In this document: in pieces, positions 48,872 through 57,408 of the stretch | How positions within the stretch are numbered: position 1 is the first letter of the stretch | Layout of the letters: each line of letters opens with the position of its first letter | Translations under genes and position numbers: made by a program | Assembly: GCA_000004985.1 (NCBI GenBank) | Contig: GG738895.1 | Length of the DNA stretch: 64,000 bases | Source: Naegleria gruberi | Taxonomy: Eukaryota | Strand: one strand, 5' to 3' | Notes under the pieces: model-generated | The model's input: the letters and a program-made list of their open reading frames with translations, nothing else | Databases searched by the model: none | What the model was told of the DNA's origin: nothing

Positions 48872-50472
48872 TTATGATTTTTCCTTTTCACTATTCTCTT
48901 CGTTCATCATAACCAATATTTGTTGAATAATTTCACATAAGGCAGTATCTTGGTCAGAATGCATCATTTCTTCGAGAGTATCCCTTATTCCACACTTATT
49001 CATTTCCTCTCTGAAATTATTGTTTTTCAATAGACTCAAAAGAGTACTCAAACAAATTTGGTTAACAGCTACTAATGACAATCCTTGATGAAGTATTGGT
49101 ACAACTCCAATCTTAATTAAATAATCAATAATATCGTCCGTTGCCGTAGTACATAAATTGTAGATAACATAGTAAGGTTCCTCTTTCACTATTAATTCGG
49201 TATTTTGTTTGACAGCTTCAATCACTAATTCAATAATTCCAGACTCAACAGCCGCTCTAATATGATCAATGGTTCCAGCAGTAATATTTGAAACGATAAA
49301 AATTGCTTCTTTCTTTAGAAAAGCATTCTCATTTAAAATGAAGGATGATAATGCAGATAATAATCGAATATTCAACATGTGGTCTGTATGAGAATTATTT
49401 CTTGTAACTATATATCCAACTAATTGAAGACAACCACTGAAAATATGAATATATTAACGTGAAATATTAAAGAATAATTTGAGAATAGATACTTACACTT
49501 GTATACTTGTACATTCAGAGGAAAGCAGCAAAATAACTTTTTCGATAATATTACCATAAGCTTGAATAAGTATTTCGATATGATCATCACTTATTGCTAT
49601 TTGAATAAGTGCCCAACAAACATTATTGACAACATCCTCATCAGAAGTATTAATTAATTTGGAGAGAACTGGCAGAACCATTTTGACATATTTGATAGAT
49701 ACATATGGTATTCCTCTCATCAAATTTACTAAGCACCATGAACCTAAATTAATCATAAGCCAATCATATCAAATAATATAGACCTACCCGTTCTTAGTAA
49801 ATTTACGAGAAATGTTTCATTTAAAAGATCTAATAAAGGCGTTAATACATCCCACTCCAGGACGAAATCTCTGAACCTGATAGAATCTCCACAAATATTT
49901 CCCAAAGCCCAAATGGCTTGTTCTCTCACGTTACAATCTGTCGAGTTTTTCAGTAGATTGATAAATGTAGGAACACATCCCAGCTCTACAACATGTGCTG
50001 TATCATATGGTGATCCACTAGCAATATTTGTCAATGACAATACTGATTCAAAAATCAATTTGTCAACCTGCACTTTTGTAATTGGATTTTCAGATTGATT
50101 ATTCCCATTTTCAATAGTGTAATATTTTGTAATATTCTCATGATCAAGAAAGTTTACCAACATTTTTGTACTACCGGCTTCAATGACCTTTCGAATATTG
50201 GCCGGTCGGTTATCCTCTCTCACTAATAGGCTTCTAATTGTCGTTACAGTTTCCAATACAGTTTTAAAGGAATTACATTGCATATCCAAATAATAATTTA
50301 AAATTCCGAGTTGATCAAGAGACAAGACTATTTCTCTTCTCTTGAGATGACGATTGCAAAATTTGGTTCGGGATTTATCAGAAATGCTTTTTCTAATTTT
50401 TTGTTTTTCTTTCCAAATGATTGCATTGGCGTGGAAAGATGATGAAATTGTTGCTGATTGTTGTTCACGCAT
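48872..50472 (-). CDS. importin-alpha-like (armadillo-repeat karyopherin) in 3 exons (50472..49788, 49743..49497, 49436..48872)
   Basis: ARM repeats carrying the importin-alpha W/N ladder (AIWALGNICGDS; GSWCLVNLMRG; VVNNVCWALIQIAISDD). Introns at 49744..49787 and 49437..49496 (GTAGGT/GTAAGT...AG). Confidence 0.7.
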
Positions 50473-50638
50473 TTTTTTTTAAAAATTTGCTTGGAAATGA
50501 AAAATTCCATAAATATTTATGCAATCATTGTAAACTAAAAGATACAACAGCAATGATTGAAAATTTATTGAATGAAACCAAATATTTGCATAAATAGCAT
50601 ACAAGTTTTATCAATTTTTCGATAATGTTATTAATTTT

Positions 50639-50647
50639 AAACCAAAA
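50639..50647 (+). promoter_or_regulatory. AAACCAAAA upstream element, 71 nt before tRNA-like gene 2
   Basis: See 48606. Confidence 0.6.
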
Positions 50648-50709
50648 ACTGTTGGAAATTTCCAAATAAAATTTCTCGAAAAAGGTTAATTATGAAATTG
50701 ATTTTTTGT

Positions 50710-50784
50710 GGGTGAATAGTTTAGTGGGAGAACATAGAAGGTACGGTAGATTCTAAGGCGGTAGATCGAAACTACCTTCACCTA
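50710..50784 (+). ncRNA. tRNA-shaped ncRNA gene 2 (75 nt). It is followed by TTTT/TTTTT at 50793..50805
   Basis: Acceptor GGGTGAA/TTCACCT, D-arm GTTT-AGTGGGA-GAAC, stem TAGAA/TTCTA (perfect) with 11-nt loop GGTACGGTAGA, variable AGGC, T-arm GGTAG-ATCGAAA-CTACC. Confidence 0.6.
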
Positions 50785-50871
50785 CACAAAACTTTTAAAT
50801 TTTTGAGTTTACAATAAATGTTTATTTTCTTTAAATAGGCATTTTCAATGCAATTTAAAAAGAATAATTGT

Positions 50872-50880
50872 AAACCAAAA
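50872..50880 (+). promoter_or_regulatory. AAACCAAAA upstream element, 69 nt before tRNA-like gene 3
   Basis: See 48606. Confidence 0.6.
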
Positions 50881-50940
50881 GATTGATTGACATATTTTGA
50901 GAACTTTTACAATAATGATTGGTTCGAATTTCTGATTAGT

Positions 50941-51016
50941 AGGTGAATAGTTTAATTGGGAGAATGCAGTGGTCTATGTTGAATCTGCGGTGGTAGATCG
51001 AAACTACCTTCGCCTA
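50941..51016 (+). ncRNA. tRNA-shaped ncRNA gene 3 (76 nt). It is followed by TTTTT at 51020..51024
   Basis: Acceptor AGGTGAA/TTCGCCT (one G-U pair), D-arm GTTT-AATTGGGA-GAAT, stem (G)CAGT/(A)CTGC with 11-nt loop GTCTATGTTGA, variable CGGT, T-arm GGTAG-ATCGAAA-CTACC. This is the weakest stem of the four copies. Confidence 0.5.
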
Positions 51017-51152
51017 CTCTTTTTCCCTCCAAAATATGAGATAAATCATTTGATGCCTAGAAGACAAAGTACTGTTGAGATATATGATAAAGATCAAGTT
51101 TAAAAAATATGTGGAAATGTCATCATCTCTTTGAATATAGAAAATTAATTGT

Positions 51153-51161
51153 AAACCAAAA
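51153..51161 (+). promoter_or_regulatory. AAACCAAAA upstream element, 71 nt before tRNA-like gene 4
   Basis: See 48606. Confidence 0.6.
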
Positions 51162-51223
51162 ATTGAATTACAATATTTTTAGAAATTTCACAATTAGGGT
51201 TGAGATCATAATTGGTCGTTGTT

Positions 51224-51300
51224 AGGTGAATGGTTTAATTGGGAGAACGCAGAGGTCCAGAGTAGAATCTGAGGTGGCAGATCGAAACTGCCTTCACCTA
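51224..51300 (+). ncRNA. tRNA-shaped ncRNA gene 4 (77 nt). It is followed by TTTTT at 51303..51307
   Basis: Acceptor AGGTGAA/TTCACCT, D-arm GTTT-AATTGGGA-GAAC, stem CAGAG/ATCTG with 12-nt loop GTCCAGAGTAGA, variable AGGT, T-arm GGCAG-ATCGAAA-CTGCC. The T-stem change is compensatory relative to copies 1-3. Confidence 0.6.
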
Positions 51301-51368
51301 ACTTTTTACAACAATATTAAATTTTTTTAAATATTGTAAAGTTTTATTATAAATATACACAGTTTCCA

Positions 51369-51734
51369 CTAATCTTCAAATTGAGGTGGTCTTTCATGAT
51401 CTGCAGAAGGTTCTCCTTTAAAAACTTTTGAAGTTCCCTTTCCAACAGTTTCCTTGTCGATGGAGGACGAAACTCCTCTTTGCATATTAACTTCTGGATT
51501 GTAATTAGTTGAGATTGGATCAAATCTCGATTCTGGAATGTGTTCTGATGAATGGTGAGGATGACTAGTTTCGAATAATTCTGAATCTCTTCCAACAAGA
51601 TTACCTGAATGATGTTGTTGTTGGGAATTGTTTAGGATAGGTTGTTTATCATCTTGGCCAACTGATAATGAAGATGATCTGCCAGTGGAGGGAAGTGGTG
51701 GAGAGCCACCAAGAGATGGTCGATTTGGAAACAT
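51369..51734 (-). CDS. hypothetical Ser/Gln/His-rich small protein
   Basis: ORF of 121 aa with low complexity. It lies between the tRNA-like cluster and the NHL/EGF gene. Weak call. Confidence 0.3.
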   Translation of the reverse strand: MFPNRPSLGGSPPLPSTGRSSSLSVGQDDKQPILNNSQQQHHSGNLVGRDSELFETSHPHHSSEHIPESRFDPISTNYNPEVNMQRGVSSSIDKETVGKGTSKVFKGEPSADHERPPQFED

Positions 51735-51911
51735 TTTTTTATATTCGAAACTTGGTAATTTCCAACTTTAAAGAATTTTAAAAAAGGAAAGTTTACTTTT
51801 GGGATGTTAAAAATCGTACATGCTTCCCACCAATCATCAAACTGTGCTGGAAGATTCTAGTTGTTGGCATCAGAAAGTAGACGAAAGAAAGGGAACCATT
51901 AGAAAAAAAAA

Positions 51912-54900
51912 ATGGTAAAGCTCTGGTATTTTCTGACAGTTTTATTGTCAATATTGATACTAGTGAGCCATTCATGTCAAGCAAAAGTCATTGATCCAAA
52001 TTCTCTCAACGCGGCAGTTGCTACTCATCTATACGAAAGAAAATTTCTGGGAGCTTTATGTGATGGAACTACTGGACTTGCATGTTATACTGGATATGTA
52101 AAACAAACCTTTCTCTACAATGAAACAGAATTGTATTTTACTAATAGTTTTACCAAGTCCATTAACAAGTATAATCTTCAGACGAAAGTGGTGGAAACTA
52201 TTGTTGGAACAGGTTCTTATCACAGAGCTCCTTTAACGCTCAGCGATTTGTATGCAACTCCAAAGGAAACTAATATTGGAGAACCTAATAGCGTTGCTGT
52301 TTATCAAGGATTCGTCTACTTTACAACAATTGAAAATACTGACGTGATTTTCAGAGTCAAAAGTGAAGGTAGTGGACTTGTTACAATCTTTGCTGGTGTT
52401 TCTGGGTCAACTGGTTATAATCCTTTGGTAATTTCAAGAACCTCTTCACCACTTTCTGGTCCAACTTATCTGAATTTCTATTCGAATGGTAATTTAATCT
52501 TGTATGAGAGTGAAATTTGTACCATTCGATTAATTTCTGGTAATAATATTACAACACTCGCAGGAAATGGCCTATGCAACTATGCCTATGTAAACAACAC
52601 ACTTTCGAATGGAATTTCGGCCATGACAATTTCCACCGATCAAATACTCTACATTTCCACACCTAGTGGAGTTATAATGAAATGGAATGGTGCAGATTTC
52701 GTAACTGTCTATGACACCCAAGCTTTTGTCAGCAGTTTGGCAGCAAACTCTGCAAATATTTACTTTACAACAGATACGAATGAGTTAAGCTCAGTTTCTA
52801 TTGATGGTTCGAATAGAGTTGTGTTGATGGGACCTAATCTAGGTTTCATGAGTGATGGCCAAGTTCTTTCTGGTGGAAAGACTGCCTCTCCAATGGCATT
52901 GTCCATTAGTAAGGCAAGTTCAACATTATTCTTTTCCGAAAATGGAAATGCCAGAATTAGAACTTATTTAAATGCCAATGTTAAAACCCTTATTGGATTT
53001 AGCTCATCAGGTTCAGCAGCTACTACTCTTGTCAATCCAACAAAGATGGCTCTCGTTGGATCCAATCTCTATGTTTTAGAGACCATGTCCGGCAGCATCC
53101 TCAATTATGATGTTAGTGGAAACGCTCCTGCTGGAGGTGGTGGTTACAAATTAGTGACATCCATTGCAGGATGTTCCAGTATTGTTGCCATTAATAATAC
53201 AGTCTATGTTGGCTCAACTCTATATAATTCAGTGTATAAGATTGAGGGAACTAAGGCGATAAGAATTGCTGGAAATGGAACTAATTTATCTAGTGGAGAT
53301 GGAAAGTATGCGAATGCTTCAACCATTTCAAATCCATTGGCGTTGGCTTCTGATTCGAGTGGAAGTTTATACATTCTTTCTACAAATATTATTAGAAAGG
53401 TCGATAAGAATGGAATCATTTCCACTCTATACAATTATTTTAGCACTGGATTGAATGATATTTACATTAGTGAAAAGGATGAAATATTAATCAGTGATTT
53501 GAAAGGTTATGTTTATCAATTGACCTGTACAACAGATTTATTTCAATTTTGTGGCTATATCCAAATTGCTGGTGTTTCTAATGGATTAGCCAGAAGTGTT
53601 GGTTTTAATAATGCATTAGAAGTGCCAATTAAGCCACTCACCATCTCTGCAGTGTCAAATTTCAAAACTGGTTACTGGAATACTTTGTTAATTTCTGAAT
53701 CGACAAGTATTTCAGTAGTTTCAGAAGGACTTATTTCTGGATTAGTCTACAATCCAAAGAATAGCCCAACAGTTAGTTTTCAAACCCTTCAAGTGACTGG
53801 CTTTGCAGTCAACCAAACCAATGGAGTCATTTACGTTTCAGGTCCTTACGGAATTTCAACATTAACTCCTTACAAATTACCAAGGGAAGCTTGTCCATGT
53901 TCTGGAAATGGAATTTGCTATTCGAATAATCCAAATCTCTGTCTTTGTGATCAAGGATGGAGTGGAACCAAATGTGCACTTCCATTGTGTAATGGAATTC
54001 TTTCTACAAATCCACAAGTTTGTACGAATGGTCAAGGAGTTTGTAGTGCTCCAGATAGTTGTGTTTGTAAATCTGGATTTGTTGGAACTCAATGTCAAAT
54101 TCCATTCTGTGTAGGATCAACTCTGAATGAAAACTTTACTTGTTCTGAAAGTCAGTCAAATTCGGGAAGCAATTCATCGACAAGTACAAAACAGGAAATT
54201 ATTGTTGAGGTTGTTGAGACAGTGACTGATCTAAATTCCAAGAATTTGACATTTACTACTGTTGACACTATTGAAGTTGTCTTTCCTTCAAACTTTTCAA
54301 GTTATCTTTCACAAACCATTTCACAAATTGCCAATAATCCAATTACACTAGTTTCGTCTGTGGTTGACTCTACAAATTCAAGCACTAATCCAAGTGAAAA
54401 TCCTGTCAAACCTCAACTCGTAGTCAGTCCAGTAATCACTCTCTCACTATTTACCAATTCTTCCATGATAATTTCTGTGAAAAACTTGGAGAAACCAATC
54501 GAATTACTCTTCACAAATATTCAACTCTCAAAAATTGAATCTTCCTCCAATCTTACATGCATGTTTTTCGATACCTCAATCAATGATTGGAGCGACGAAG
54601 GAATTTCCTCAAAAATCATTTCCATTCAACAAGCCGATTCTCAATTCGTAATTTCCATGAAATGTGAAACGAAACATTTAACTTCCTTTGCAGTAATTGA
54701 TAAGAATTATAAGAAACAAGTTTCGTCTCCCAATGAAGGAGGAAACAAAATACCAGCAACTGTTTCTGAATGGAAAAGTCAATTGGAAGGATTGAGTGAA
54801 AGTGAAATTATTGCAATTTCAGTTTCGATTGGTGGATCATGTTTGATTATTGCAACTTTGGCGATTTTAATTAGTGTAGTTTGTATCATTGTCATGAAGA

Positions 54901-54929
54901 GAAAGAAAAATCGTTGTTTAACCATTTAA
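51912..54929 (+). CDS. paralog of the 38684..42231 receptor: signal peptide, NHL-type repeats, tenascin-type EGF repeats, GPS-like motif (MKCETKHLTSFAV) and TM, in a single exon
   Basis: ORF of 1005 aa. The domain order and many local motifs are shared with the minus-strand paralog (for example IVGTGSYH/ILAGDGMISN, CxCxxGFxGxxC units, HLTSFAVIDKNYKK versus HLTSFSVIDKNYKK). The C-terminal TM helix is IIAISVSIGGSCLIIATLAILISVVCIIV. Confidence 0.7.
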   Translation: MVKLWYFLTVLLSILILVSHSCQAKVIDPNSLNAAVATHLYERKFLGALCDGTTGLACYTGYVKQTFLYNETELYFTNSFTKSINKYNLQTKVVETIVGTGSYHRAPLTLSDLYATPKETNIGEPNSVAVYQGFVYFTTIENTDVIFRVKSEGSGLVTIFAGVSGSTGYNPLVISRTSSPLSGPTYLNFYSNGNLILYESEICTIRLISGNNITTLAGNGLCNYAYVNNTLSNGISAMTISTDQILYISTPSGVIMKWNGADFVTVYDTQAFVSSLAANSANIYFTTDTNELSSVSIDGSNRVVLMGPNLGFMSDGQVLSGGKTASPMALSISKASSTLFFSENGNARIRTYLNANVKTLIGFSSSGSAATTLVNPTKMALVGSNLYVLETMSGSILNYDVSGNAPAGGGGYKLVTSIAGCSSIVAINNTVYVGSTLYNSVYKIEGTKAIRIAGNGTNLSSGDGKYANASTISNPLALASDSSGSLYILSTNIIRKVDKNGIISTLYNYFSTGLNDIYISEKDEILISDLKGYVYQLTCTTDLFQFCGYIQIAGVSNGLARSVGFNNALEVPIKPLTISAVSNFKTGYWNTLLISESTSISVVSEGLISGLVYNPKNSPTVSFQTLQVTGFAVNQTNGVIYVSGPYGISTLTPYKLPREACPCSGNGICYSNNPNLCLCDQGWSGTKCALPLCNGILSTNPQVCTNGQGVCSAPDSCVCKSGFVGTQCQIPFCVGSTLNENFTCSESQSNSGSNSSTSTKQEIIVEVVETVTDLNSKNLTFTTVDTIEVVFPSNFSSYLSQTISQIANNPITLVSSVVDSTNSSTNPSENPVKPQLVVSPVITLSLFTNSSMIISVKNLEKPIELLFTNIQLSKIESSSNLTCMFFDTSINDWSDEGISSKIISIQQADSQFVISMKCETKHLTSFAVIDKNYKKQVSSPNEGGNKIPATVSEWKSQLEGLSESEIIAISVSIGGSCLIIATLAILISVVCIIVMKRKKNRCLTI

Positions 54930-55000
54930 TTCATTGTAAAATATATAATACTATTTAATACAAGTTACAAAAAAAATTATTTAAAAAAATATTAAAAAAA

Positions 55001-56462
55001 ATGCAGCAACATCACAATCAACCTTTCCCGTCCAATTCATCATCATCATCATCACTACCACATCACCATCATCATCAAAATAATAATATTCACCAAATAG
55101 TTAATCATCAACATTACATGGAAAATCCGCTTTCCCGAATAAATTTCCGAGCAGAAAAACAATTTCTCGAAAGGCGGGAATTTTATGGCAAGTGTAGGAA
55201 CGTGGAAGAGTTTGAAAAGTTGGAGAAGATATTTGAGAATGTGTACAAGGCAAGGGATTTGAAGAGTAATGAGATTGTGGCGTTGAAGAGATTAGATTTT
55301 AGTTCGAGATATGAGGAGGGAATTTCGTTGGCTTATTTGAGAGAAATTTCATATTTGCAACAATTTTGTCAAGAATTGAAACATGGAAATATTTTGGGAT
55401 TGAGGGAGATGGTGGTTGGAAGTAAATTGGATAGTGTATTTATTGTGATGGATTTTATAGAGAATGATTTGACGACTGTGATTGATAAATCAAAGAGATT
55501 TGCATTGCTTGAATCGGAAATTAAGTGTATAATGTTACAAATTTTAGAGGGTGTGAATTATTTACATGAAAATTTGATTATTCATAGGTAAATATTCGAT
55601 TTTGAATGATTCAAAACCTTTGAGTAGAGATTTAAAACCCTCTAACATTTTATATGATAGAGGAATTATTAAGATTATTGATTTTGGATTGGCAAGGAGT
55701 GACACAAAGTTTTTGGATGGAGATCTCGCCTATGGAAGTAGTCATCAAAAGGACTCTATCATTGAAATGTTCAAGAAAAAGACGCCAAATCTCATAACCC
55801 TCTGGTATAGACCTTTAGAACTCTTGTTGGGGACATTGGACTATGACAAGTCGATTGATATGTGGAGTGTTGGATGTATTTTTGCTGAAATACTATTGAG
55901 GAGGCCATTATTTGGAGCTGATACTGAAATTCAAGCATTTGATATGATATTCAAACTGTTAGGAGCACCAAGTGAATCATGGCTCAAGTCAGGGAATTTC
56001 CCTTCTGCCTCCAAATACCTTTCCCCTAATTTACTGAAAAAGTATGAAAATGTGAATGCCCGTGAAAATATTAGAAGAACATTCTCTCAAGCTAATGTAG
56101 ATCCGAAATGTATTGACCTCATTGAAAAGCTTCTCGTTATTGATCCAAAGAAACGACTCACATGTAAGGAAGCACTCAATCATGACTATTTCAAGACTTA
56201 TCCACTTGCATGCTCACCCAAACAATTACCCTCCTTTATTGAGAGAGATTTTGTGCAATATAAACGATCATCACACAATCATCGTCATTTATACGATGAT
56301 GACAATTATGAGAGAGATGGTTATCAGCATCAGCAGCACCACCATCAGCACAATAATTATTCCACACATAACGATCAGCACAACGAATATCAGCAACACA
56401 ACAAACGAGGAAGAAATGATTACAATTCCGAAAGAAATGATCAGTGGAAGAAACGAAAGTAA
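55001..56462 (+). CDS. CDK-like Ser/Thr protein kinase in 2 exons (55001..55587 and 55628..56462) with His/Gln/Asn-rich termini
   Basis: Intron 55588..55627 (GTAAAT...GAGTAG) restores IHRDLKPSNIL. The DFGLAR motif, a WYRPLELLLG (APE-like) segment and a CDK-like CMGC insert are present. The glycine-rich loop is degenerate (LEKIFENVYKARD where GEGTYGVV is expected). Confidence 0.65.
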
Positions 56463-56610
56463 CAATATTCGCCAATCCATCCAATAATGAGCTCATTCAA
56501 GAAATCAAAAAACCAATATTACAAAATTCAATTAAATATTAATATATAATAGTTTAAATAAAAGTAAACACAAAAATTGTGATTATTTTCCAATAACAAT
56601 CACACACATA

Positions 56611-57243
56611 TTAGAGATTCTTTGAAAGCCAATCCAGACCTTCCTTCAATCCATCACCACTCACAGCACTACACAATTGCAAATTCCACACTTGTTTAAT
56701 TTCCTTCAATCCCAAAAACGATTCCAATTTTTCTCTGGACTTGTTTGCTTCATCCAGATCTTGTTTGTTGGCAAATATCAGAATTTTAGCTTTGGCCAAC
56801 AAGGGATCATTAATTACGGAAAATAATTCTTCTTTACATTCTTCCATTCTGTCACTATCCGCAGAATCTACAACAAAGACAAGAGCTTGTGATTTGGAAA
56901 AGTAATGTTTCCAAAGTGTTCTCACTTGTTTTTGTCCACCTAGTGAAATTAAAGTGACATTTTTGAAATTATTGAATCAAAATTAAAATCATCATTAGAT
57001 GTAGTACATACCTAAATCCCACATACACAATTTAGTTCCGTTGTAATCCAACTCTTCTACATTGAAACCAATAGTTGGAATCGTCTGTATTGTTTGATTA
57101 ATTTGAAGTTTATAGAGAATGCTTGTTTTACCAGCGCCATCAAGACCTAAAAATTTAATGGGATGATGACAGAGATACTACATACCTAGAAGAAGTATTC
57201 TTGGTGGCGAGAGAGCGAATAATGGTTTTATAAAATTGCCCAT
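56611..57243 (-). CDS. ARL2: ARF-like small GTPase, closest to ARL2, in 3 exons (57243..57186, 57146..57012, 56939..56611)
   Basis: Spliced protein: [33 protein letters not shown]...[17 protein letters not shown]...[10 protein letters not shown]...IFANKQDL...CSAVSGDGL. Introns at 57147..57185 and 56940..57011 (GTATGT...TAG). Confidence 0.75.
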
Positions 57244-57408
57244 GTTTGACAGTTGGCAGGTAGAGGTTGAATGATGGTAATACTCCTTTTGGCGTTTTTT
57301 TTGTTGTTTTTTGCGCTTATTCCGGTTTGTTTTCCACTACGATATTTGTTGAACACAAGCATCAAAATAACAAATTCAATATTCTTAACTTTAAATATCT
57401 ATTCGAAT

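Noticed and set aside
48600-51320. The regularly spaced tRNA-like units, about 230 bp apart with conserved flanks, superficially resemble a repeat-spacer array (CRISPR-like) or a tandem SINE array.
   Set aside because: This is a eukaryotic intron-containing context. The units are 75-77 nt and fold as cloverleafs, each with its own upstream element and T5 terminator. The spacers are unrelated A/T-rich DNA of unequal length. Compensatory stem changes argue against simple SINE decay.
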